This document shows positions 9,131 to 19,442 of a stretch of 64,000 nt of DNA, one piece after another. Source of the stretch: Alphaproteobacteria bacterium. GTDB lineage: Bacteria; Pseudomonadota; Alphaproteobacteria; CALKHQ01. Location of the stretch: NCBI GenBank assembly GCA_965227515.1, contig CBDDFZ010000001.1, positions 1,312,001 through 1,376,000 on the forward strand, read 5' to 3'. Position numbers and translations under genes: made by a program. The notes under the pieces are model-generated. The model was given only the letters and a program-made list of their open reading frames with translations, was not told where the DNA came from and did no database searches. Positions within the stretch are counted from its first letter, which is position 1. Each line of letters begins with the position of its first letter.

Positions 9131-9886
9131 CTACCAGCCCGGCGGGCAGAAGCCATTGCCGCCGTTCGCGTAGCCGCTCCCATAACCGTCGTTGCCGTAG
9201 CCGGCATTGTATTGCGGCCAGCCCTGCTGCGGGCCGGGCTGCCATTGCGGGCCCTGGGTCTGATAGCCGGAGGTCTGGTCCTGCGTCGGGCCCTGGTTCC
9301 ATGGGTCGGTCTTGCCAATCCAACTCGCCAAATAGTCGCGGACATATTGCGAGTTCCAGTCGGCGGCCTGTTCCACCACATCCAGCAGGTCGCCATTGCG
9401 GTCGACGATCAGCGTGGTCGGAAACATGCTGACGCCGAGGTAGTTGGTCACCTCGCCGCCGCCGTCGACATAGGAGGTCATGCCCCTCAGGCCCAGCCGC
9501 TGTTGCAGGAACTGGTTGATCTGGGCGGGCGGCGCCTGGTCCGCGGCGATCAGCACCACGCGGCCGCCTTGCGGCACCAGCCAGTCGTTCAGCGCCGCGA
9601 GCGATGGCAGTTCTTGCAGGCATGGACCGCACCAGCTTCCCCAGATGTTGACCACCAGCGGCTCCGGCCCCAGGAGATCGGTCACCGGAACGATCGATCC
9701 GTCGGGCGCGTACAGCCGTGGCACGTAGTCTTGGTCGCCATAACCTTGGCCTCCATTACCCTGGCCCCCATAACCCTGGCCCCCGTAACCCTGGCCCCCG
9801 TAACTTCCCCCTTGCGGGTTTGCGGCTTGCGCGCCGACGCTGGCCGTACAGGCGGCCAGCAGTGCGGCAATGGCAGTGGCTCTCAT
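9131..9886 (-). CDS. TlpA/ResA-like periplasmic thioredoxin with G/Q/Y-rich low-complexity flanks
   Basis: VVNIWGSWCGPCLQELPSL and PTT.IVDRNG motifs; signal peptide MRATAIAALLAAC. Confidence 0.85.
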   Translation of the reverse strand: MRATAIAALLAACTASVGAQAANPQGGSYGGQGYGGQGYGGQGNGGQGYGDQDYVPRLYAPDGSIVPVTDLLGPEPLVVNIWGSWCGPCLQELPSLAALNDWLVPQGGRVVLIAADQAPPAQINQFLQQRLGLRGMTSYVDGGGEVTNYLGVSMFPTTLIVDRNGDLLDVVEQAADWNSQYVRDYLASWIGKTDPWNQGPTQDQTSGYQTQGPQWQPGPQQGWPQYNAGYGNDGYGSGYANGGNGFCPPGW

Positions 9887-10076
9887 GGATCCCTCCATCA
9901 TCCTCGTGCCGCCGCACATGCCTATATCTGCCGTGAAATGTGGCCGGTCGAAGGCCCTGGGGTGGCGGAAATGGAGCATCGGGTAATGATTTGCGCCCGC
10001 GCCTCCCCGACCGGCCCTCAATTGGGGCGCCGCAACCCGGTATGCGCCACACGCATGGCTGGACGGGCGAATTGCC

Positions 10077-11429
10077 TTGACGCGCCCGGCCCTGGCCGAT
10101 ACCCGAAAACTGTTCCCGAATGCCGGCTATGGTGCGCGGCAGGGTTCCGGGAAATCTGTCATCGCTACCATCACGACATCACCGGCGTCGGCGAACGGCG
10201 CCCCTGCGGCGCGGTCGGGCCCCGGCTTCGCGGAATTCATCGCGCTCATGGCGCTGATGACCGCGTTGATGGCGCTGTCGATCGACCTGATGCTGCCTGG
10301 CTTGGGCGAAATCGGCGGCGACCTCGGTGCCGGCGACGAGAACGAGCGCCAACTGGTGCTGACCATGCTGTTCCTGGGCCTTGCCGGCGGGCAGCTTCTC
10401 TATGGCCCGTTGTCGGACCGCTACGGGCGCAAGCCGCCGCTTTATGTCGGGCTGGCGATCTTCGTGGTCGGCTGCGTGATCTCGATGCTGGCCGGCGACT
10501 TCACCACCATGCTGATCGGCCGCCTGCTGCAGGGTATCGGTATCGCCGCACCCCGCGTGGTCTCGCTGGCGCTGATCCGCGACCGCTTTGCCGGGGACGG
10601 CATGGCCCGGGTGATGTCGCTGATCCTGGCGGTGTTCATCCTGGTGCCGATGGTGGCGCCGGCCATCGGCCAGGGCATCCTGCTGATCGCGCATTGGCGG
10701 GTGATCTTCGCCGCCCTGATGGTGCTCGGCGTCATGCTCGGCATCTGGTTCGCATTGCGCCAGCCTGAGACGCTGCCGCCGGAACGGCGCTCGCCGCTGT
10801 CGGTCCGCCACATATGGCATGCGACGGTCGAGACCTGCACCAACCGCACGGCGGCGGGCTACACCATCGCGGCGGGGCTCATCTTCGGCGCGTTCCTGGG
10901 CTACCTGAACTCGGTGCAGCAGATCTTCCAGGAGCAATATGGGCTCGGTGTCTGGTTTCCGGCGGTGTTCGCGGCATTGGCCGTCTTCATCGGCGCCGCG
11001 TCGGTGGCCAATGCCCGGCTCGTGATGCGCATGGGCATGCGGCGGCTTTGCTACATGGCACTGTACGTCCTGGCCGCGATCAGTTGCGTCTTCACCGTGG
11101 TGGCGCTGTCGACCTCGGGCCATCCGCCGCTGTGGTCGATGATGGTGTTCCTGTCGGTGTGCCTGTTCTGCTTCGGCTTGTTGTTCGGCAATTTCAACGC
11201 GGTGGCGATGGAGCCGCTGGGCCACATAGCCGGCATCGCCGCGGCGGTCATCGCGTCGGTCACCACGTTCATCTCGCTGGCGGGCGGGCTGGTCATCGGC
11301 CAGATGTACGACGGATCGGTGCGCCCGGTGGTCATCGGGTTCGCGGTGCTGTCGCTGATCTCGATTGCCGTGGTGAAGTGGACCGACAAGGGCCGGGTGC
11401 CGGCCCGATCCGGGCGCGGGTTAGTCTAG
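10077..11429 (+). CDS. Bcr/CflA-family MFS multidrug efflux transporter (true start may be downstream)
   Basis: EFIALMA..AL.ALSID.MLP, GPLSDRYGRKP, ETLPPERR; about 12 hydrophobic segments. Confidence 0.9.
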   Translation: MTRPALADTRKLFPNAGYGARQGSGKSVIATITTSPASANGAPAARSGPGFAEFIALMALMTALMALSIDLMLPGLGEIGGDLGAGDENERQLVLTMLFLGLAGGQLLYGPLSDRYGRKPPLYVGLAIFVVGCVISMLAGDFTTMLIGRLLQGIGIAAPRVVSLALIRDRFAGDGMARVMSLILAVFILVPMVAPAIGQGILLIAHWRVIFAALMVLGVMLGIWFALRQPETLPPERRSPLSVRHIWHATVETCTNRTAAGYTIAAGLIFGAFLGYLNSVQQIFQEQYGLGVWFPAVFAALAVFIGAASVANARLVMRMGMRRLCYMALYVLAAISCVFTVVALSTSGHPPLWSMMVFLSVCLFCFGLLFGNFNAVAMEPLGHIAGIAAAVIASVTTFISLAGGLVIGQMYDGSVRPVVIGFAVLSLISIAVVKWTDKGRVPARSGRGLV

Positions 11430-11439
11430 CCTCTTTCCC

Positions 11440-11865
11440 TCACGGCGCGAGCGAGACCACCATATCGGCATCGGTCCCATGCCAGGCGCCGTCGTCGGCC
11501 CGGCAATAGGTGCCGCGCGACTGGATCTGGGCATCGGCGCCCAGGTAGGCGACGCTGCGGCATGGCTGGCCGTCGGGTCCGATGGCGGTGTCGACGATGG
11601 TGACCGTGGTATCGGTCTGGCGCACCTGGTCGATCACCCGCACGGTCTCGCCGTCGGGCAGGAACTCCAGCGCCTGCTGCACCGATTCCTGGAATGCCAC
11701 CACGGTCGGGTCGCCGCCCGCCGCCGGCATCAGGGCAGCGGGGTCGAGGTTGGCCAGCGACGACTCCACGATCAGGCAGCCGCTCAGGCCGGCCAGCGCA
11801 AGGCAGGCGGAGGCGACGGGAACGAGCGGCAGCTTGCGGGGGCGGTGATGGCGTCGGTCAGTCAT
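11440..11865 (-). CDS. Lipoprotein, 17-kDa surface antigen (RT0821/Lpp0805)-like
   Basis: Lipobox LSGC; C-terminal G.PCR...GTYCR..DG.W motif. Confidence 0.7.
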   Translation of the reverse strand: MTDRRHHRPRKLPLVPVASACLALAGLSGCLIVESSLANLDPAALMPAAGGDPTVVAFQESVQQALEFLPDGETVRVIDQVRQTDTTVTIVDTAIGPDGQPCRSVAYLGADAQIQSRGTYCRADDGAWHGTDADMVVSLAP

Positions 11866-12129
11866 CGCACGGGTCCTGATCGGTTCTGAAGGGTCGTTGC
11901 GAGCCTCTCAAAGATGCACCGGGACCGGTTGCATTCGTCTTAATTCCGGGCGTTTCGGTTGTTCGCCGCTAACCAACTCGAACGTGCGTGACTCCAACCG
12001 CCGCCACACCGCCGTCCTTGCAATGCCAAAGTGTTGCCGCATATTGCTTGTTGCATCGCGGCTCTGGGCTGCGACCCCAAGCTCTCGTCACACGTGACGG
12101 GATATCGCCACACATGAAGGGTATGCCAG

Positions 12130-12759
12130 ATGCCAAATCCCATGATCATCGCGCGCCGGATCGCCAGCTTGGGCGCCGCGGCGGTGACGGCAGCCATGAT
12201 CGCCGGTCCGGCCTCTGCCGTGACGCCGGCGGTTCTCTCGCCCGCAGACCAACAGGATGTTTCGCGGATCGAGAACTACCTGAATTCGATCACCTCGATG
12301 GAAGCGCGCTTCCTGCAGATCGACCCCAGCGGCAATAACGTGCAGGGCACGCTGTTCATCCTGCGGCCGGGCCGGCTGCGGTTCGAGTATGACGAGCCGT
12401 CGCCTATTCTGATCGTCGCGGACGGCACGTGGGTGCACTACCACGACAAGGAGCTGGACCAGACCTCGCGCGCGCTGATCAGCGACACGACGGTGGAGTA
12501 CTTCACCAGCTCCAACCTGCGGCTTTCCGGCGACATCACCGTCACCGCGTTCAACCGCAACGACGGTTTGTTGAACATGACCATCGTCGACACCAACAAC
12601 CCGGACGAGGGCGAGGTGACCTTCACCTTCGATCCGGAGCCGATGAATTTGCGCCAGTGGGTGGTGCGCGATCCGGACGGCAACGAGACGCTGGTGGCGT
12701 TGTTGACCTTCAAGTCAAACGTGCCGTTGGACACGGAGATGTTCTACTTCTACGACTGA
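12130..12759 (+). CDS. lolA: Outer-membrane lipoprotein carrier LolA
   Basis: YLNSI..M.ARF.Q, RPGRLRFEYD, IVADG, LRQW.V.D..G. Confidence 0.88.
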   Translation: MPNPMIIARRIASLGAAAVTAAMIAGPASAVTPAVLSPADQQDVSRIENYLNSITSMEARFLQIDPSGNNVQGTLFILRPGRLRFEYDEPSPILIVADGTWVHYHDKELDQTSRALISDTTVEYFTSSNLRLSGDITVTAFNRNDGLLNMTIVDTNNPDEGEVTFTFDPEPMNLRQWVVRDPDGNETLVALLTFKSNVPLDTEMFYFYD

Positions 12760-12792
12760 GCCTTCCAGTTCGGTTTCGGTCGCAGTTTCAGC

Positions 12793-12824
12793 GATGCCCG
12801 CACATGCTGCGGGCATCTTTTTTT
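12793..12824 (+). terminator. Rho-independent terminator after lolA
   Basis: GATGCCCGCA-catgc-TGCGGGCATC followed by T7. Confidence 0.8.
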
Positions 12825-12969
12825 CATCGAAGCGGAGGTGGAGAGGGCTGGCGCGGTTTCCGCGCGAGCCGATCCTGACCCAAACGTCGCGCGCAGCTTC
12901 CGGCGCGGCGATTCTGTGTGGTAGTCTCCGCGCCGCTCACATCAGACTCAAGACGAGGTTCGCCGGGCC

Positions 12970-13719
12970 ATGGCCGGTCATTCCCAATTCAAGAACATCA
13001 TGTACCGCAAGGGCGCGCAGGACGCGAAGCGCGCCAAGCAGTTCGCCAAGCTGGCGCGCGAGATCACCGTCGCCGCCAAGATGGGCCTGCCCGACCCGGC
13101 GATGAACCCGCGCCTGCGCGGCGCCATCTCGGCCGCGCGCTCGGCCAACATGCCGAAGGACCGCATCGACCGGGCGATCAAGCAGGGCACCGGCGAGGGC
13201 GACGACGCGAACTACGAGGAGGTGCGCTACGAGGGCTATGGCCCCGGCGGTGTGGCCTTTATCGTCGAGACGCTGACCGACAACCGCAACCGCACCGCGT
13301 CCGACGTGCGCTCGTCGTTCAACAAGTTCGGCGGCACCCTGGGTGAGACCGGGTCGGTCGCCTTCATGTTCAACCGGCTGGGCGAGATCGTCTATCCGGC
13401 CGACGTCGCCAGCGCCGACGAGGTGTTCGAGGCGGCGTTGGAGGCTGGCGCCGACGACGTGCAGAGCCTGGAGGACCGCCACGAGATCCACTGCGCGCCC
13501 GACGATTTCAACGACGTGCGCGACGGGCTGGAGAAGGCGTTCGGCGAGGCGCAGTCCGCCGGCCTGGTCTGGAAGCCGGAGACGACCACCGAGGTGGACG
13601 AGGACAGCGCGCGCACGGTGCTGAAGCTGATCGAAAGCCTGGAAGACAGCGACGACGTGCAGACCGTGTCGGCCAATTTCGACATCGACGACGAGATCAT
13701 GGAGCGTCTGAGCGCCTGA
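12970..13719 (+). CDS. yebC: YebC/PmpR family protein
   Basis: [33 protein letters not shown]. Confidence 0.97.
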   Translation: MAGHSQFKNIMYRKGAQDAKRAKQFAKLAREITVAAKMGLPDPAMNPRLRGAISAARSANMPKDRIDRAIKQGTGEGDDANYEEVRYEGYGPGGVAFIVETLTDNRNRTASDVRSSFNKFGGTLGETGSVAFMFNRLGEIVYPADVASADEVFEAALEAGADDVQSLEDRHEIHCAPDDFNDVRDGLEKAFGEAQSAGLVWKPETTTEVDEDSARTVLKLIESLEDSDDVQTVSANFDIDDEIMERLSA

Positions 13720-13737
13720 GTTCGGGCGTCCGGACGC

Positions 13738-14289
13738 ATGACAGGGGGCGGCATCCGCGTGAGCCAGACCGCCATTCGCCTGATGGGCATCGACCCCGGC
13801 CTGCAGCGCACCGGCTGGGGCATTGTCGATGTCGACGGCTCACGGCTCAGCCATGTCGCCAATGGCACGGTCGCCTCCACCGCGACCCTCAGCCTGGCTG
13901 AACGGCTGGCCGAGCTCTACGCCGGCCTGAGTTCGGCGATCGAGGCGCATCGCCCGGCCGCCGCCGCGGTGGAAGAGACCTTCGTCAACAAGAACCCGAA
14001 CTCCACCCTCAAGCTCGGCATCGCCCGCGGTGCCGCGCTGCTGGCGCCGGCCCTGTGCGGCCTGCCGGTGGCCGAGTACCCGGCCAACCTGATCAAGAAG
14101 ACCGTGGTCGGGGTCGGCCATGCCGACAAGGCGCAGGTGATGGCGATGGTGAAGGTGTTGCTGCCGGGCTGCCCCATCGACGGGGCGGACGCCGCCGATG
14201 CGCTGGCGGTCGCGATCTGCCACGCCCATCACGGCACCGCGCGGTCGTGGTCGGAGAAGGCGAGCAGGCCCGGGGGCGTGGCGGCATGA
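13738..14289 (+). CDS. ruvC: Holliday junction resolvase RuvC
   Basis: [29 protein letters not shown]. Confidence 0.96.
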   Translation: MTGGGIRVSQTAIRLMGIDPGLQRTGWGIVDVDGSRLSHVANGTVASTATLSLAERLAELYAGLSSAIEAHRPAAAAVEETFVNKNPNSTLKLGIARGAALLAPALCGLPVAEYPANLIKKTVVGVGHADKAQVMAMVKVLLPGCPIDGADAADALAVAICHAHHGTARSWSEKASRPGGVAA

Positions 14290-14909
14290 TCGCGCAACTC
14301 TCGGGCCGCATGGTCTCGACCGACGAGGACACCGCCGTCATCGACGTCAACGGCGTCGGCTACCTGGTGCATTGCGCCAGCCGCACGCTCGGCCGCCTGC
14401 CCGGCCCCGGCGAGGCGGTGACGCTGTTGATCGAGACCCATGTCCGCGAGGACCGTATCCAGCTCTTCGGTTTCGCCGATGCCGGCGAGCGCACTTGGTT
14501 TCGGCTGCTGACCGGGGTGCAGGGTGTCGGCAACAAGGTGGCGCTCGGCATCCTGGCGGCACTGTCGCCGAACGAACTGATCCAGGCGATCGCCGCCCAG
14601 GACAAGGCGGTGCTGACCCGCGCGCCCAGCGTCGGGCCGAAACTGGCGCAACGCATCGTCAGCGAACTGAAGGACAAGGCAACCGGCATCGCATTTACCC
14701 CGTCGCCTGCCGCCGGCACGGTTGCCCCTGCCGGTGCGGCCGCCGGCGTCGACAGCGACGCTGCGGCGGACGCGGTCTCCGCGCTGGTCAATTTGGGCTT
14801 CGGGCGCACCCAGGCGGTGGGCGCGGTCGCCAATGCGGTGGCGTCGCTGGGACCAGACGCCAAGGTCGAGGGCCTGATCACCCAGGGGCTGAAGGAGCTT
14901 AGCCAGTGA
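14286..14909 (+). CDS. ruvA: Holliday junction branch migration protein RuvA
   Basis: [36 protein letters not shown]. Confidence 0.96.
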   Translation: MIAQLSGRMVSTDEDTAVIDVNGVGYLVHCASRTLGRLPGPGEAVTLLIETHVREDRIQLFGFADAGERTWFRLLTGVQGVGNKVALGILAALSPNELIQAIAAQDKAVLTRAPSVGPKLAQRIVSELKDKATGIAFTPSPAAGTVAPAGAAAGVDSDAAADAVSALVNLGFGRTQAVGAVANAVASLGPDAKVEGLITQGLKELSQ

Positions 14910-15988
14910 GTGCCATCCCTGGCGATGACGACCGCCTGGTCGAGACGGCGGAGACCGCCGGCGACGGGGCGGAGCGTGCGCTCAGGCCGCTGTCGCTGGA
15001 CGCCTTCATCGGCCAGGACCAGTTGCGCGCCAACCTGACGGTCTATGTCCGCGCCGCCCACGCGCGCGGCGAGGCGATGGACCATGTGCTGCTCAGCGGC
15101 CCGCCGGGACTGGGCAAGACGACGCTCGCCCAGATCATCGCCCGCGAACTGGGGGTCAACTTCCGCGCCACCTCCGGCCCGGTCATCGCGAAGGCCGGCG
15201 ACCTGGCCGCGGTGCTGACCAACCTGGAGCCGCGCGATGTGCTCTTCATCGACGAAATCCACCGCCTGAACCCGGCGGTCGAGGAAATCCTCTACCCGGC
15301 GATGGAGGACTTGCAGCTCGACCTGATCATCGGCGAGGGGCCGGCGGCGCGCTCGGTGCGCATCGACCTGCCGCCGTTCACCTTGATCGGCGCCACCACG
15401 CGCTCCGGGCTGATCACCACGCCGCTGCGCGACCGCTTCGGCATCCCGCTGCAGCTCGATTTCTATTCGCCGGAGGAACTGGTGGCGATCGTGCGCCGTG
15501 GCGGCGGTCTGCTCTCGGTACCGCTGACCGACGACGGCGCATTCGAGATCGCCCGCCGCTCCCGTGGCACCCCGCGCATCGCCGGGCGCCTGCTGCGCCG
15601 GGTGCGCGATTTCGCGGTCGTCGACAGCCTTGACGAGGTCAACGCCAAGGTGGCGGATGCGGCATTGGCACGGATGGATGTCGACAGCCAGGGGCTCGAC
15701 GCGCTCGACCGCCGCTATCTCCGCTGCATCGTCGACAATTACGCCGGCGGGCCGGTGGGGGTGGAGACGCTGGCCGCCGCCTTGTCCGAACAACGCGATG
15801 TGCTCGAAGAAGTGATCGAGCCTTACCTCATCCAGCAGGGCTTCCTGCAGCGCACGCCGCGCGGGCGCATGGTGGCGGCACGGGGCTGGAAGCACCTGGG
15901 CGTCACCCCGCCGGCCGAGCAGCCGAACGCCCGGTCCGACCCGCAGCTTGGCCTGGCCATCGACGAGCGCTGGACCGCCGATGACTGA
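14906..15988 (+). CDS. ruvB: Holliday junction branch migration ATPase RuvB
   Basis: [36 protein letters not shown]. Confidence 0.98.
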   Translation: MSAIPGDDDRLVETAETAGDGAERALRPLSLDAFIGQDQLRANLTVYVRAAHARGEAMDHVLLSGPPGLGKTTLAQIIARELGVNFRATSGPVIAKAGDLAAVLTNLEPRDVLFIDEIHRLNPAVEEILYPAMEDLQLDLIIGEGPAARSVRIDLPPFTLIGATTRSGLITTPLRDRFGIPLQLDFYSPEELVAIVRRGGGLLSVPLTDDGAFEIARRSRGTPRIAGRLLRRVRDFAVVDSLDEVNAKVADAALARMDVDSQGLDALDRRYLRCIVDNYAGGPVGVETLAAALSEQRDVLEEVIEPYLIQQGFLQRTPRGRMVAARGWKHLGVTPPAEQPNARSDPQLGLAIDERWTADD

Positions 15989-16439
15989 GTTGCCGACGCC
16001 TGACGCTGTGATGACTGACGCGCCGCGCCACGTCTTTCCGGTGCGGGTCTATTACGAGGACACCGATGCCGGTGGCATCGTCTACCACGCCAACTACCTG
16101 CGGTTCGCCGAGCGCGGGCGCACCGAATGGCTGCGCCAGAGCGGGGTCGACCATACCGAACTCAGGCGCGACGGCGGCCTTGTTTTCACCGTAAAGCGGT
16201 GCGACGTCGAGTTCGTGAAGCCTGCCGTGCTGGACGATGCCTTGCAGGTCGTGACCACGTTTCTGGCCGTGCGCGGCGCCTCGTTCGACCTGCGCCAGAC
16301 CGTGGAGCGGGACGGCGAGGTGCTGGCCGACCTGGGCGTGAAGATCGCCTGTGTCGACGTGTCCGGCCGGCCGGCACGACTGCCCGGCGATCTGCGGCGC
16401 GGCCTCGCCGCGCTGGTTGCAGGCCCGGCGCAGTCATAA
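15981..16439 (+). CDS. ybgC: Tol-Pal-associated acyl-CoA thioesterase YbgC
   Basis: [28 protein letters not shown]. Confidence 0.95.
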   Translation: MTELPTPDAVMTDAPRHVFPVRVYYEDTDAGGIVYHANYLRFAERGRTEWLRQSGVDHTELRRDGGLVFTVKRCDVEFVKPAVLDDALQVVTTFLAVRGASFDLRQTVERDGEVLADLGVKIACVDVSGRPARLPGDLRRGLAALVAGPAQS

Positions 16440-16581
16440 TACTGATACGCCGCGCTTGCGCGCCGACTCGGCAGGGCGGACCCGATTCGATTGAGCGCAC
16501 GGGCCGCAGGATATTTGGAGCTCACCCGGCGGCGCCCGCGATTGGCGCGCCCGGACCGCAAAGGCACTTGGATTACCCGAC

Positions 16582-17319
16582 ATGGAACCCACTGAAGACG
16601 GCCAACTAACCGGCGAAGGTATCGTCGACCTGACGGTCTCGCCGATGGAGGATCTGGACCTCGTCAGCCTGTTCATGCAGGCGGACATCGTGGTCAAGGC
16701 GGTGATGGTGCTGCTGGTACTGGCCTCGATCTGGTCCTGGGCGATCATCATCGAGAAATGGCTGCGCTTTGCGCGCCTGAAGCGCAATGCCGACAAGTTC
16801 GAGGATGCGTTCTGGTCCGGCGGCTCGCTGGAAGACCTCTACGACCGCATCGGCAACGCGCCGGCCGACCCGATGGCGGCGGTGTTCGCGTCCGCGATGC
16901 GCGAGTGGCGCCGCTCGGCGGTGCAGTCGACCTCCGACGTCATCCACAGCCTGCAGGACCGCATCGAGCGGGTGATGTCGGTGACCATCGAGCGCGAGAG
17001 CGAGCGGGTCGGCAAGCGCGTCACCTTCCTGGCGACGGCGGGCAGCGTCGCGCCGTTCCTTGGCCTGTTCGGCACCGTCTGGGGCATCATGAACACGTTC
17101 ACCGCGATTGCGGCGATGAACAACACGACCCTGACCACGGTGGCGCCGGGCATCGCGGAGGCGCTGTTCGCCACCGCCATGGGCCTGTTCGTCGCCATTC
17201 CGGCGGTCGTCGCCTACAACCGGGCGGCAGATTCCATGCGCCGCTACACCGCGCGACTGACGAATTTCGCCACCGAGTTCGCTGCCATCATTTCGCGCCA
17301 ATTGGACGCGAAGGCTTAA
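16582..17319 (+). CDS. tolQ: TolQ
   Basis: ADIVVK.VM..L..ASIWSW, PFLGLFGTVWGIM, APGIAEALFATA. Confidence 0.96.
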   Translation: MEPTEDGQLTGEGIVDLTVSPMEDLDLVSLFMQADIVVKAVMVLLVLASIWSWAIIIEKWLRFARLKRNADKFEDAFWSGGSLEDLYDRIGNAPADPMAAVFASAMREWRRSAVQSTSDVIHSLQDRIERVMSVTIERESERVGKRVTFLATAGSVAPFLGLFGTVWGIMNTFTAIAAMNNTTLTTVAPGIAEALFATAMGLFVAIPAVVAYNRAADSMRRYTARLTNFATEFAAIISRQLDAKA

Positions 17320-17337
17320 GCATGGGCGCAACAATTC

Positions 17338-17431
17338 GGCACCAGCCCTCTCCCCCACCCGGCCCCCCACGAAAGTATCCTGGCTGGGTGGCCGGGTGGG
17401 GGAGAGGGCCGGCGCAGACTCAGCGCAAGCT
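17338..17431. repeat. Dispersed palindromic element, family A (copy 3) between tolQ and tolR
   Basis: GGCACCAGCCCTCTCCCCCACCCGGCC...ACGAAAGTATC...GGCCGGGTGGGGGAGAGGGCCGGCGC + GACTCAGCGCAAGCT tail. Confidence 0.88.
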
Positions 17432-17462
17432 GGACTAAGATTGGGCGAAGAGGAGCTGCGGG

Positions 17463-17888
17463 ATGGCCTTCAATCTGCGCCAGGGCAACCAGGACCGCAA
17501 TGCGCCGATGGCGGAGATCAACGTCACGCCGTTCGTCGACGTGATGCTGGTGCTGCTGATCGTCTTCATCGTCACCGCGCCGCTGCTTGCGGTTGGCGTG
17601 GACGTCGACCTGCCGCAGGCCGACGCGCCGGCGCTGCCGTCCCAGGACGTGCCGCTGGTGGTCTCCATCGACCGTGATGCCAATGTCTTTCTGGGCGATG
17701 AGCCGGTCGAGGTCGGCCAACTGGCCTCGCAGCTCAGTGCCATCGTCGGCGAGGACGAGAACCGGCGCATCTTCGTGCGCGGCGACCAGACCATCACTTA
17801 CGGGCGGATCATGGAAGTGATGGGTCTGATCATCCAGGCGGGCTTCACCCGGGTCGCTTTGGTCGCCGAATTGCCGAGCGACCGCTGA
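17463..17888 (+). CDS. tolR: TolR
   Basis: MAEINVTPFVDVMLVLLIVF, VDLP, IFVRGD. Confidence 0.96.
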   Translation: MAFNLRQGNQDRNAPMAEINVTPFVDVMLVLLIVFIVTAPLLAVGVDVDLPQADAPALPSQDVPLVVSIDRDANVFLGDEPVEVGQLASQLSAIVGEDENRRIFVRGDQTITYGRIMEVMGLIIQAGFTRVALVAELPSDR

Positions 17889-17945
17889 GCAGGCGTTGCG
17901 GATGATCCCCACGGTCAAGCGACCGAACCGTCGGAGCACCGGGCC

Positions 17946-19268
17946 ATGAACGGCGCGACACTGCCGTTTGCCGGGATTGCGTCCGTGCTGCTGCACGTTG
18001 CCGCCATGCTGGCGGTGATCTTCCTGAACTTCGAGGACATCGAGGAACCGCCGTTTGCGTTCGCGGTCGGCATGGTGTCGCTGGACGAGATCACCGCGGC
18101 GCCCAACGTGGCCGACATTGCGCCGCCCCGCCCGGATGTGACGCCGGACGAGCCAGCGGGCCGCGAGGCGGCACCGGTGGAGGAGGTCAGCGACCTGCCG
18201 GAGCAGGCGCAGACCGCCGATCCCGCGCCGGCTGCGTCCGACCAGCCGGACGCGCCCGATGTGGCCGAAGTGCCGGACCGCGCGCCCGATCCGCTGTCCG
18301 ACGCCGCGAACGATTCGCCCGACGTGCCGGACGTGGCCGACACACCGGCGGACCCGCCGCCGGCGCTCGCTGCCGCACCGTCACCGCCGGAACAGACCGC
18401 ACCCGATGTGGCCGATGCCGATCCCGTGCCGCCGGCGCCCGACGCCCCGGTGCAAGACGTGCCGAACGCGCCGGTGCCGGAACTGCCCGACGCGCCGACT
18501 GGCGCCGAAAGCGCCGACCAGGGGCCGCCGGCCGCCGATCTGCTGCCGCCACAGGCGCCGGAGCGCGATCCGACCGTGGTGGCCGCGCTGGAGGCGCCCG
18601 AGGCGCCGCCGGAGCAGGACGTCCAGCCGGTCGACGAGCCGCAGCAGGCCGAGGACCAGGCCCCGGTGCCGGAACTGGCGGCCCTGGACACGCCGGACGT
18701 GCCGGTGCCGGACCTGATGCCGGCGCGGACCGAGGATCCCTCGCCGCCGCCACCGCCGCCGCAGCAGCAAAGCCCGGTCACGGACGATTCGGCGGAGCCG
18801 GCCGAACAGCCCGACGAGATTGCCAGCGTGCTGCAATCGCTGACCGATCCCACCTCGCGCGCCCCGGACTCGGCGGATGGGGCGGCAAGCGGCCCCGGCT
18901 CAGGTGGCCAGGACGGCGCCGGCGTGGCGCCGCTGGGCGCGCCGGTGCGGGCCGAACAGGTGCTTGGCGCGCCCGGCGTGGACGCGGTGCGGCGTGCGAT
19001 CAAGCCCTGCTACAACCCGCCGTTCGGGGCGCAGGGGGCGGAAAACATGCGCATTCCGATCCGCGCCACCTTGAACAGCAGTGGCGTGGTGATCGATGCC
19101 CAGATCGTCGAGCAGAACAACATGGGCGATCCGGTCTATCGCGCCGCCGCGGATTCGGCGCGTCGCGCGCTGTTGAACGGCGCCTGCCAGCCGCTGCCGC
19201 TGGCCAGCAATTTGTGGCCGCAATGGCAGTACATAACGTTCAACTTCAGCATGGATGACATGTTATGA
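17946..19268 (+). CDS. tolA: TolA (long Pro/Asp-rich linker)
   Basis: N-terminal SVLLH TM motif, Pro-rich acidic stalk, C-terminal domain AVRRAI..CYN.P...AADSARRA; position between tolR and tolB. Confidence 0.85.
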   Translation: MNGATLPFAGIASVLLHVAAMLAVIFLNFEDIEEPPFAFAVGMVSLDEITAAPNVADIAPPRPDVTPDEPAGREAAPVEEVSDLPEQAQTADPAPAASDQPDAPDVAEVPDRAPDPLSDAANDSPDVPDVADTPADPPPALAAAPSPPEQTAPDVADADPVPPAPDAPVQDVPNAPVPELPDAPTGAESADQGPPAADLLPPQAPERDPTVVAALEAPEAPPEQDVQPVDEPQQAEDQAPVPELAALDTPDVPVPDLMPARTEDPSPPPPPPQQQSPVTDDSAEPAEQPDEIASVLQSLTDPTSRAPDSADGAASGPGSGGQDGAGVAPLGAPVRAEQVLGAPGVDAVRRAIKPCYNPPFGAQGAENMRIPIRATLNSSGVVIDAQIVEQNNMGDPVYRAAADSARRALLNGACQPLPLASNLWPQWQYITFNFSMDDML

Positions 19269-19442
19269 GATGCCGCAACCTTGCCAAGATTTTGGTTTCA
19301 ATTGGCCTGGGCAGTCGGTAACGACAGCCGATGTTACGCGAATCGGCTGGTATTGCTCGACTTGCGCGAGAATGCGCTCCGGGAGCACGCGGCAGAACCT
19401 GCGGCAACAGGGAGGTCGCCCGCTGGGTGATCCATTTGGGGG

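Noticed and set aside
17946-19268. Novel repeat protein
   Set aside because: The SxxxH TM motif, C-terminal domain and operon position identify it as TolA with an acidic Pro-rich stalk.
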